Virus record (IMG/VR): IMGVR_UViG_3300032269_000145
Location: 1 to 32,901 of that record
Length of the DNA: 32,901 nt
Reading direction: 5' to 3' (one strand)
Source of the DNA: a virus
Taxonomy: Duplodnaviria; Caudoviricetes
The position numbers and the translations under genes were made by a program. The notes under the pieces are model-generated. The model made no database searches, was not told where the DNA came from, and saw nothing but the letters and a program-made list of their open reading frames with translations. Within the stretch, counting starts at the first letter, position 1, and each line of letters starts with the position of its first letter. This document shows, piece after piece, positions 16,118-25,200 of this stretch.

Positions 16118-16351
16118 ATGAACGTTCCTGAAATTGATCCTGTAAAGTATGGTGTGCTTTGGCAAAAAGTGCAGGACTATGAGCGTCGGTTTGATGAGAT
16201 GAGTACTAAAATTGACAAACTTGAGAAATCAATTGATCAGTTAGTTGCTCTTGCCAATCAATCTAAAGGTGGGTTTTGGATGGGCATGGCAGTTGTTTCT
16301 GCTATATCTTCTATCATTGGATGGTTGTCCCATTGGTTTAGTAGGGGGTAA
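16118..16351 (+). CDS. Small membrane protein (coiled coil plus C-terminal TM; holin/XhlA-like)
   Basis: Coiled coil followed by hydrophobic GGFWMGMAVVSAISSIIGWL. Confidence 0.55.
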   Translation: MNVPEIDPVKYGVLWQKVQDYERRFDEMSTKIDKLEKSIDQLVALANQSKGGFWMGMAVVSAISSIIGWLSHWFSRG

Positions 16352-16353
16352 CT

Positions 16354-16668
16354 ATGTCCTACAAACCAAGATATGACAATGGTTCTTGGACAGTCATATG
16401 TGACCAATGTGGTAGGCAATTTAAAGCCAACGAGTTACAGTTGCGTTGGGATGGGTTGATGGTATGTAAAGGTGATTGGGAACCTAGACAACCACAAGAC
16501 TATGTACATGGCGTAGCAGACAAAATAGCTCCTCCTTGGACTCGGGCAGAACAGTCCGATGACTTCATATTTTTTTGTACTGTATATAGCAGTCAAGCCG
16601 TAGTAGGATACGCTACAGCAGGATGTGCTAAAGCAGGTATTGACAACGGTTACAGAATAACCGAGTAG
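16354..16668 (+). CDS. Conserved hypothetical protein with Cys motif
   Basis: ICDQCG...WDGLMVC..DWEPRQPQ; precedes the adaptor gene. Confidence 0.7.
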   Translation: MSYKPRYDNGSWTVICDQCGRQFKANELQLRWDGLMVCKGDWEPRQPQDYVHGVADKIAPPWTRAEQSDDFIFFCTVYSSQAVVGYATAGCAKAGIDNGYRITE

Positions 16669-16676
16669 GAAAACAA

Positions 16677-17441
16677 ATGAGTTCTACATACACCGTTACT
16701 CGTGACCAAATTATTTCTCTAGCACTTCGTAAACTGGGTGTACTGGAGATTGGTGCTACGCCTGATGCTGACACTGTTAGCAATGCTGCTATGTCTCTTA
16801 ATCTTTTGATTAAGCAATTTAGTACTGATGGACTAAAGCTGTGGAAAGTATCTGAGCTTATTATTCCTTTAATTGCTAATCAGACTAGTTATGTATTAGG
16901 TGGATCTGGCTCTACTACTATGTACGATAGCTTAGCTCCAACTGTACCTATTACAGACAAACCTCTAAAAGCTATTCAAGGGTTCTACCGCAACACACAA
17001 GTTACTCCTAACATTGATACACCAGTAATGCTAGTGTCTAAGCAAGAGTACAACGTATTAGGTTCTAAGTTTTCTACTGGAACAACTAACACTATTTTCT
17101 ATGACGCTAGAAACCTTAATGGCATTCTGTATGTGTATTTGACTCCTGATACTAATGCTAGTACCTACTTGCAACTGCATCTTATTTGCCAGATGCCTTT
17201 GAATGATGTAACACTTTCTACAGACATCCCAGACTTTCCTAATGAGTGGATGAATTGTTTAGTGTGGAACCTAGCTGATCAGTTGGCTCTTGAGTATGGT
17301 GTTCCTATGAACACACGACAAGAGATTATGCAAAAAGCTATGCTGTATGCAAACTTGTTGTCTAGCTGGGACATTGAGTCTTCTAGTACTTCGTTTCAAC
17401 CTGATTTCCGTTCTGTGACTAACAGCTCTTACTCCACTTGA
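16677..17441 (+). CDS. Head-tail adaptor (P22 gp4 / tail tubular A-like)
   Basis: N-terminal TRDQIISLALRKLGVL and C-terminal FPNEW...LVWNLADQLALEYG; directly before the nozzle gene. Confidence 0.7.
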   Translation: MSSTYTVTRDQIISLALRKLGVLEIGATPDADTVSNAAMSLNLLIKQFSTDGLKLWKVSELIIPLIANQTSYVLGGSGSTTMYDSLAPTVPITDKPLKAIQGFYRNTQVTPNIDTPVMLVSKQEYNVLGSKFSTGTTNTIFYDARNLNGILYVYLTPDTNASTYLQLHLICQMPLNDVTLSTDIPDFPNEWMNCLVWNLADQLALEYGVPMNTRQEIMQKAMLYANLLSSWDIESSSTSFQPDFRSVTNSSYST

Positions 17442-17442
17442 T

Positions 17443-18912
17443 ATGGCTACAGAACGCATACCGCTAACTCAACCTATTGAAAGTCGAGACGGGACTTTTA
17501 ATAAAGATTCGTTTTCGTCTAACTGTATCTTTGAAAATAGAGATCAAAAACGAGAGTTTGTTAAAAGACCAGGACTTGTTTTAGCTAAACAAATTGTTTC
17601 TATTACTCCCCCTGCTTACACTCCTAGCCAAGGATTAGCTGCGTACAACAGCAAACTTGTAGCTGTTATTAATAACACGGTGTATCAGGTTGATCCTAGT
17701 GCTTCTTATGCTGCTACTACTATAGGAACAACTTCAACATCAACTAGCCAAAGTTATTTTGTTAGAAGCTTTTTAGATAGTTATTTGTTCTTTCACAACA
17801 AAATAAATGGATACACTTTAAATACTTCTGGAACATTGACTGAGCTTACTGGGTTGTCTTATGGCCCCTATGTTTCTGGAGTTGTATTCTTAGACAACTA
17901 TGTTTTTGTTGGCACAACAGCCAACAGGATTTACAACTCAAACTTAGGTGATCCTACAACTTGGGGTGCTCTTAACTATATTAGTTTTACACAGACTACA
18001 GACACCCTAGTAGGCATCGCTAAACATCTTAACTACTTAGTGGCATTTGGTAGTGCCAGTATGCAATTCTTCTATGATGCTGGTAATGCTACAGGTTCTC
18101 CTTTAGCTACTGCCCAAAGTTACATCAGTGAGATTGGATGTGGTAATGGGGATAGCATTGTTGCTAGTGACAACACTGTTGTCTGGATAGGTACTTCTAA
18201 AAGCAATGGTCGTTCTGTGTATCTGCTAGATGGAACATCCCCTGTTAGAGTTTCTACTGATCCTATTGATAAACATTTAGAAGCTGACACACTTAACCAA
18301 GTGTCTGCTTATCTATATAGATTTAACGGTCATACGCTGTATGTGCTTACGTTGCATGATACTCAACAGACTTTAGTCTATGACTTGAATGCTAAGCAGT
18401 GGTACAAGTGGTCACAGTACTCTATTCAAAGTAGTGACCAGCCTAATCCCGGTACTTACCAAGAGTCTTACTTTAGAGCTGCGTTCTACGCAGACATAGG
18501 TAACACTGCTTATGTGTTGGATGACGATGTAGCCACTGTGTACTACTTTAGTACTGGGACGTACCAAGACAATGGGCAATCAATCTACTGCCGTACTGTT
18601 ACAGACATTATGGACAACGGTACAACCAAACGTAAGTTCTATGGTAGGTTAGAAATTATTGGGGATAAGGTAGCAGGCACAATGCAAGTGCGTCATTCAG
18701 GTGATGACTATGCTACTTGGTCAACTTATAGGTCTATAGACCTAAGTGTTTCTAGATCACAAATTTACCTCAGTGGTGCTGATCGACGTAGAGCTTGGGA
18801 GTTTCTTTGTACAGACAATGTGGCTCTTCGTTTAGATGGTGCTGAAATAGATTTTAGAATTGGTGAAATGGATCAAGAACAAGCGGTAGGTGGTGGTCGT
18901 TATAGGACGTAA
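17443..18912 (+). CDS. Tail nozzle / packaged-DNA stabilisation protein (P22 gp10-like)
   Basis: 489 aa beta-propeller-like protein with KRPGL, FLDNYVF, GHTLYVLT..TLVYD...W and SGDDYATWS motifs. Confidence 0.8.
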   Translation: MATERIPLTQPIESRDGTFNKDSFSSNCIFENRDQKREFVKRPGLVLAKQIVSITPPAYTPSQGLAAYNSKLVAVINNTVYQVDPSASYAATTIGTTSTSTSQSYFVRSFLDSYLFFHNKINGYTLNTSGTLTELTGLSYGPYVSGVVFLDNYVFVGTTANRIYNSNLGDPTTWGALNYISFTQTTDTLVGIAKHLNYLVAFGSASMQFFYDAGNATGSPLATAQSYISEIGCGNGDSIVASDNTVVWIGTSKSNGRSVYLLDGTSPVRVSTDPIDKHLEADTLNQVSAYLYRFNGHTLYVLTLHDTQQTLVYDLNAKQWYKWSQYSIQSSDQPNPGTYQESYFRAAFYADIGNTAYVLDDDVATVYYFSTGTYQDNGQSIYCRTVTDIMDNGTTKRKFYGRLEIIGDKVAGTMQVRHSGDDYATWSTYRSIDLSVSRSQIYLSGADRRRAWEFLCTDNVALRLDGAEIDFRIGEMDQEQAVGGGRYRT

Positions 18913-18917
18913 CTACA

Positions 18918-19829
18918 ATGAACCAACTTGAACAATCTATTATCTCTGTTGTAAACACAAAAGAATTTAACATTAACAATGCAGACAGCAAACTAGCTTT
19001 GACCAAAGCTATGTTGTTTGAAGAGCAAGCTTCTAACTCAATTGTTCATAGGTTTGGTGGGGGTCTATACATTAGAGAGGCCCACTACCCAAAGAACACT
19101 TTGATAGTTGGTCAAGAACATCTTTCTGAACACATGAATGTGCTCCTTAAAGGAAGCATTTGTGTTGTTGACGGGGGTGGTCAAATGGTTACTCTAGTTG
19201 CTCCGTTTATGTTTGTAGCTAAAGCTGGAAGCAAAGTAGGTTATACTTTGGAAGATGTTGTTTGGCAAAACATCTATGTTACTAATAGCACTGATGTAGA
19301 GTATTTAGAATCTACATTGTTTAAAGCTCCAGATGTTTTTAAAGAACATCAAGAACAAAAGTTGCTTGCAGAGCATCCTAAGCACGAAGAAGATCGAAAA
19401 GATTTTTTACTAATGCTAGAAGAGTCTGGTTGGACTCTAGAAGACGTAGAGCTAGTATCTAAAGATAGAAGTGATTGCATCCCTTTTCCTGAAGGGAGTT
19501 ATAGCATTACAACTAGCAACTCCCCAATCCAAGGTAAAGGTATATTTAGTACTGCTGAAATTAAGCAGGGTACAGTTATAGCTCCAATGCGATTAAAGGG
19601 CTGTAGAACTCCTGCTGGATACTTAGTCAATCATTCTAAAGATTCTAATTGCATAGCAATTAAGAACGAGCTTGAAGATATGTTCTTAGTAGCAAATAGA
19701 GATATACATGGTATGGTAGGTGGTGATCTTGGTGAAGAGTTAACTCTTGACTATAGACAAGTTATGCAAATAAATAATATTTGGAAAAGGACAGCTATAT
19801 GTCAGCAGCAACAACAGCCTCAGTTGTAG
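18918..19829 (+). CDS. Cupin-like + SET-domain protein (putative lysine methyltransferase)
   Basis: SET signatures SPIQGKGIFS, VNHS..SNC and GEELTLDY. N-terminal HRFGGGLYIRE..G..H..EH cupin-like segment. Confidence 0.85.
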   Translation: MNQLEQSIISVVNTKEFNINNADSKLALTKAMLFEEQASNSIVHRFGGGLYIREAHYPKNTLIVGQEHLSEHMNVLLKGSICVVDGGGQMVTLVAPFMFVAKAGSKVGYTLEDVVWQNIYVTNSTDVEYLESTLFKAPDVFKEHQEQKLLAEHPKHEEDRKDFLLMLEESGWTLEDVELVSKDRSDCIPFPEGSYSITTSNSPIQGKGIFSTAEIKQGTVIAPMRLKGCRTPAGYLVNHSKDSNCIAIKNELEDMFLVANRDIHGMVGGDLGEELTLDYRQVMQINNIWKRTAICQQQQQPQL

Positions 19830-20392
19830 GCATAGCGGTGGGTGTTAACGCCCTTAGTGGAGGCAGTCTATTTGGTACTGGTGGCAAGAATGCTGCATTA
19901 GAGCAACAAAAACTTGCTGATCCTTTTTCTTCTCATCGTGCTGAGATTGGTGATGAATACGCTAAGTATTTAAAGCAAAGCGATACTGTTGACCCCACTA
20001 AAATGGCTGGGTTTAGCCAGTTTAAAAGTGGAGTATTAGATCCATCTATGGAAGCTGCTCAACGTAAACTTGCTGCTTCAGGCCAGATGCAATCTGGTAA
20101 TGAACAAATAGCTTTGCAAGGTGTTGGACAACAAGGCTACTATAGTTTTATGACTGACTATATGAATCGTCTTGCTACTGCTTCTGGTGCTAATCAAAAT
20201 CCTTCTACAGGTGCTGGACAAGGCATGATGGCAGGTCAAAACTATGACCAGCAAATGATGCAAGGACTAGGTGGTACTTTACAAGGTATTGCTGGACTGT
20301 ATGGTAGTAGTAATAGATATGGTGGTTCTTCTTCACCACCTTTAAACTACGCTAATTTGCCTGCTGATGCTTACCAAAACTCTCCTTTTTAA
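19799..20392 (+). CDS. Ejection/pilot protein (P22 gp7-like position)
   Basis: Start corrected to ATG 19799 (AAGGA SD). Gly/Gln/Met-rich with a hydrophobic N-terminus and 'AASG...SGN' motif. Confidence 0.6.
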   Translation: MSAATTASVVGIAVGVNALSGGSLFGTGGKNAALEQQKLADPFSSHRAEIGDEYAKYLKQSDTVDPTKMAGFSQFKSGVLDPSMEAAQRKLAASGQMQSGNEQIALQGVGQQGYYSFMTDYMNRLATASGANQNPSTGAGQGMMAGQNYDQQMMQGLGGTLQGIAGLYGSSNRYGGSSSPPLNYANLPADAYQNSPF

Positions 20393-20430
20393 TTAGCAGT
20401 AGGACACCTTATAAAGGTAATAAATAAATT

Positions 20431-22257
20431 ATGGCACTTCTAATGACAGACATGGCTGCTGGTGGGCAAGCCGCTAGACAGCTACAACAAAACGTAATTG
20501 GTGCTCAATACGATCCAGCTATTGCGGCTGCTTCTGCGGAAGAAACACAACTAAAGCTACAACAAGATCGTCTTGCTGCTAAGTATGCTCCTGAAAAAGC
20601 TGCTGCGGAAGCAGAGCAAGAGCAGATGCGTTTAGACAAATTGCGTCTTCAAAAAACAATGGAAGAGTCTCAGTATCAATCTGATACTCAAACTGATCAA
20701 AAATTAAAGGGATGGTTGCAATCTGAAGAAGGTAAAAAAGCCACTGATGCCGACAAGATTAGAAAAGCTGCTGCTCTTAAAATGGAAGGCAACAGAGTTG
20801 AAGAAGGCACTAAACTTTTAACTCAAGCTGAAAGGCTTGATGCTGTTGGTCTTGCTAATGACGCTAAAACTATTGCTCTTAAAAATGAAGCTATTGCAAA
20901 AGCTTTTGCAGCTGTAGATGCTTTAGATCCCAACGATATGCCTAAATTTAATGCATTTGTTGATAGATTCCCTGTAGAAGTTACAAAAGCAATTACTGAT
21001 CAAGTTGGAGCAGAAAACTGGAAAGCATATAGTCCTCAAGAAAAAAAAGAAGTTCTTAGTCGTTTGTTTCTTAATACAAAAGGATTGCTTGCTGAACAAA
21101 TTAAAGCTGTAGAACTTAAAAAAACAGAAGCACTTACTGAAAGTCGAGAAAAAATTAGCGCTGAAAGAAATGCAGCCCTAATACAAATTCAAACACTTAA
21201 AGGAACAGTTGATGCATACAAAGCAGATGTAGCTAAAGCCGCTAAACTAGAACAAGAAGCAGCTAAAGACATTGCTGCTAAAGAACGTTTATTAGAAGAA
21301 CTTAAAAACAAATTAAGCATAGCAGAAAAGAAAAATGCTTCTTTAGAAGAAGTAGCAACAACTAAAGCTATTAGTGCAGAAGAAGTAGCTAATATTAAAA
21401 AGACATCTTCTAAAGAAGTGGCTGATACCAAAGCTACTAGTGCTAAGGAAGTAGCCGATGTTAAAGCTGCTAGTGCTAAAGAAGTAGCTGCTGCTAAAGC
21501 TGCAAGCGACAAAGTAGTGGCTGACACTAAAGCAGCTAGTGATAAAGAAGTGGCTGAAATAAGAGCCAAGTATGAATCAGTAAAAGCAGAAGCAGATAAA
21601 GTAAAAGCAGCAGCAGAAACAGTAAAAGCAGAAGCGGCTAAGATAAGAGCAGAAGCAGAAAAAACTAAAACTAATAAACCCCCAACTGCAAAAGCTGGTG
21701 ATGAACTAAAAGATCTTGGTTTTTATCTTAAGCGACACGATGCTATTATTAAAGAAGGTAAAAAAGAAGAAGATGGTTTAATAGAACAAGTTACTAAAGC
21801 TGATGCTGCTTTACAAAAAGCTAAGACCGCTTCTTGGTATAACATAAGTGCTCCAAATCAAGACAAAGCTACTAATGCTTATACTGAAGCAGTTACTAAG
21901 CTAAATGTTTTTAGAAAGAAACAAGCTGAAAAAGAACTTGCTACTGTAGAAGATATGCCTGAGTTTGATAAGAAGGCTTCAATAGTTAAAAAGCTTCAAG
22001 ATCAAATACAAATGTTTAGCTCTGATAAACCAGAGTCTAAAACTCCTGCTGCTGCTTCAGCACCCGCTGCTGCCGCAGCTCCTGCTGCCGCTGCTGCGCC
22101 TGCCACTGGAGCTACTGCTACTGGTAAAGTTGGTGGTGCTACTAGTAACAAATTTAATCCTGAACAACAGGCTTGGTTTGATGCTGCTAAGAAAGCAAAC
22201 CCAACTATGTCTGATGCTGACATCATTGCTGAAGGCAAGAAGAGGAATAAACTGTAA
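20431..22257 (+). CDS. Internal virion/ejection protein with coiled-coil repeats
   Basis: Ala/Lys/Glu-rich helical protein of 608 aa; TAATG overlap with the next gene. Confidence 0.65.
   Translation: MALLMTDMAAGGQAARQLQQNVIGAQYDPAIAAASAEETQLKLQQDRLAAKYAPEKAAAEAEQEQMRLDKLRLQKTMEESQYQSDTQTDQKLKGWLQSEEGKKATDADKIRKAAALKMEGNRVEEGTKLLTQAERLDAVGLANDAKTIALKNEAIAKAFAAVDALDPNDMPKFNAFVDRFPVEVTKAITDQVGAENWKAYSPQEKKEVLSRLFLNTKGLLAEQIKAVELKKTEALTESREKISAERNAALIQIQTLKGTVDAYKADVAKAAKLEQEAAKDIAAKERLLEELKNKLSIAEKKNASLEEVATTKAISAEEVANIKKTSSKEVADTKATSAKEVADVKAASAKEVAAAKAASDKVVADTKAASDKEVAEIRAKYESVKAEADKVKAAAETVKAEAAKIRAEAEKTKTNKPPTAKAGDELKDLGFYLKRHDAIIKEGKKEEDGLIEQVTKADAALQKAKTASWYNISAPNQDKATNAYTEAVTKLNVFRKKQAEKELATVEDMPEFDKKASIVKKLQDQIQMFSSDKPESKTPAAASAPAAAAAPAAAAAPATGATATGKVGGATSNKFNPEQQAWFDAAKKANPTMSDADIIAEGKKRNKL
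21340..21665 (+). repeat. Degenerate 33-bp then 21-bp coding tandem repeats
   Basis: TKAISAEEVAN/IKKTSSKEVAD/TKATSAKEVAD/VKAASAKEVAA/AKAASDKVVAD/TKAASDKEVAE, then VKAEADK/VKAAAET/VKAEAAK/IRAEAEK. Confidence 0.85.
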
Positions 22258-25200
22258 TGCCTTTTGTTGATCCAGACGAAGTTAAATCTGCTGCATCACA
22301 AAAAAGTGGTGGGGGGTTTGTTGACCCCGATGAGGCTGTTGCTGCTAAACAATCTGTTGCTAAAGCACTTGCTGTCAAAGTACCTCCGCTTTCTCAAAGC
22401 GTTAAAACATTGCAACAACAACAGGGAGCAGAATTTAAATCTGGCGACAAGGTTAGTACTCAAACTTTAAGTGATCTTGTAACTGGTAAAAAGAGTCCAG
22501 AAACAACTGCTTTAGGTACTGCTGCTCGTGCGGGAGGAGAAGTAGCTGCTACTGTACCTGGCTCTATGTATGCTGCTGGAGTTGGTACTGAAATAGGTAC
22601 TGCGTCAATGCCAGTAGTAGCTGCTATACCTTATGCTGGTCCTTTTATTGCTCCTTGGATGCCTGCTGTTGGTGGTGTAACTGGTGGTTTAGTGGCTAGT
22701 GTTGCTCAAAGTTATGGCATCAATACTCTTGAAGAATTTGCTGACAAAGTGTTTGGGACAAACATAGTAGCTACTAAAAAAGCACAAGCACAAGCACATC
22801 CTATTGCTGAAAAGGTTGGTCAATTTGGCGGTATGGTTGTTGGACCAGGTGGAACTTTAGTTAAAGCTAAAGATTTGTTTACTAAAGAAGGTGCTAAGAC
22901 TGCTGCTGTTGGTTCTGGAATTATGGTAGGTGTTGGTGGTGCTCAACGGGCTATAGAAGGGCAACCAGTTTTTTCTGGAGAAATGATTTGGGATGCAGCT
23001 TCAGGAGCTTTTGTTAAACCTTCTAAGCTTGGTGAAAAGCTTATTGAAAAGGGAAGAACTGTTGTAAGTGGTAAACCAGCACCAGCAGATAAGTTTAAAC
23101 CTCCACCTGACACCGCTACCCCAGAACAAAGAAACAAATTTATTGAAAAACTTAAAGCAGAAAAAGCTAAGCGTGATGCTAAAGCTAAACTTGACCAAGC
23201 TGCTATTAAGAACATTAAGACTGGTGAAGTAGAACTACATGGACCCAAACATGATGAAGCTCGTAAAGCAGAACTTAAAGACCATCCAGACTATGTAGAA
23301 GGCTTTGTAGACGAACGTGGTAACTTCCATGATCGTCAAGCTGCTTTTGAACAAGCTAAACGTGCTGAGCAATTGCCAGAAGATCATGTGCTAGAGATTC
23401 CAGAAGACGGTTTGCACAGCGGTGACTTGCGTAAAGTAGGTGATGAGAACTTTAAGATTACTGAAGAACAGCCTGCTGGAACTTCTAAAGAAAAAGTAGA
23501 TGCTCCTGTTACTCGTGAAGAACACAAAGCTGAGATTGACAAACTTCAAGAAGAGGCACATCTAACACTTGAAGGTCACAAACAAGAAGCTTTAAATGCA
23601 GGTGACAAGTACGGAGTAGCAGACATTGAAGCTAAACAAGCTGCTATTGAAAAGCAAATAGAAGCTTTGCAAAGCTTTATGCCTGCTGTTAAATTTGCTG
23701 ACAAAGCTGTTCCTACATGGGAAGAGCTGCATGATCATTTGTGGGGTTCTAAAACTGTAGGTGAAGCTTTTGATCGTGTGCTTGCTACTGATGACCTTGG
23801 TACTAAAGGCCAAAGGCTTTTACTTAAGGCTCTTAATCAGTCTGACTTTATTCGTAGTGCTGAACTGGGGTTTAGCAGTGAATATCTTAAATACTACGAC
23901 AAAGAAGGTTTACAAAAAGCTGATGCCCTAGGGTTATATTATGGAGATGAACATAAAATAAACCTTGGTAAAGAAGGTAATTTGTATGTGTTGGCCCATG
24001 AGTCTATACACGCTGGCACAGTACGACTTCTTGACGAAGGTAACAGTACTGCTGCTATTAAACTTCAAGAGTTGTTTGACAAGTATAAAGAATCTCATGG
24101 AGATAGCAAGTATGGTTTTATTGACGTAAAAGAGTTTGTTGCTGAAGCTTTTACTAATAGACAGTTTCAAGAACTACTGGGGTCTATTAAAGTTGGAGAA
24201 CAACCTAAAGGTGTTCTTAATAACTTGTGGGCAGCATTTAAAAACACTGTGCGAGAAGGTTTAAATCTTCCTAAAGGTACTCGTACTGCTCTTGATGAAG
24301 TGTTTGATCACGGCATATCTTTGGTTAAAAAGTCTAAAGACTTTAAACCTCTTGAAGACCACCCAGCATCTATACTTGATTCTATTAAGCAAAAAGCTTC
24401 TCCTGCTGTAGCAGATGCTTTTGAAAAAGTTGATCCCCGTTCTGTTCCTAATGAAGAGGAAATGATTAAGCACGCAACAGACCTTCACGACAGGTTTGGG
24501 GAAGCTGAAGCTGTTAAGTTCTTTGAGGATTATCAAAAGAATCTTAATGAACGCTCTATACCTATACCTAACGATGTTAAGAGTTTAGAAGATGGTTTGC
24601 ATAAACTAAACACTTTCCAAACTAAAGACAGGTCTGAACACGTTGTTGGTTACAAAGAAAACACTAAGAATGGTGTTACTGAAGAGCAACGTGCTAAATG
24701 GTTTGATATGCGTGAGCGTGGAGAACCGCTGCCTCCAGAAGCCAAGGCCGTACTTGATGAATTGGATGCTGAAAACATAGCTCTTGTTCGTAAGATTAAA
24801 GCTATGGGCGGTGATGTTGGAGAAGAGTTTACTACTGGTCAATCTCGTATTCGTTTGTTTAGTGAAAAAGAAAAGCCAGGTTGGATAGAAACTCTTAAAG
24901 GGTTTTTTGAGAATACTACTCCTATGGGAGATAGGGTTGCTGACCAAGCCAATGCTGCTATAGAACGTAAGGTATTTGCTCTTGAAGATGGTCGTACCAT
25001 TGAGTTTCACAGACAACCTACTGACGTAACTCTTCCCGGTGGAAGAAAAGTTAAAGCTGGTACTGAAATTTGGGAGTGGTCAGATGGTCGAAAAAGACTT
25101 GTTGGACATAGCCCAGACATTAATTTTAAGCGTGGCGATTCTATTACTCTTAACGATGGCACAGTATCTAGAGTAGTTGATGGCAACGTATTAAACATTG

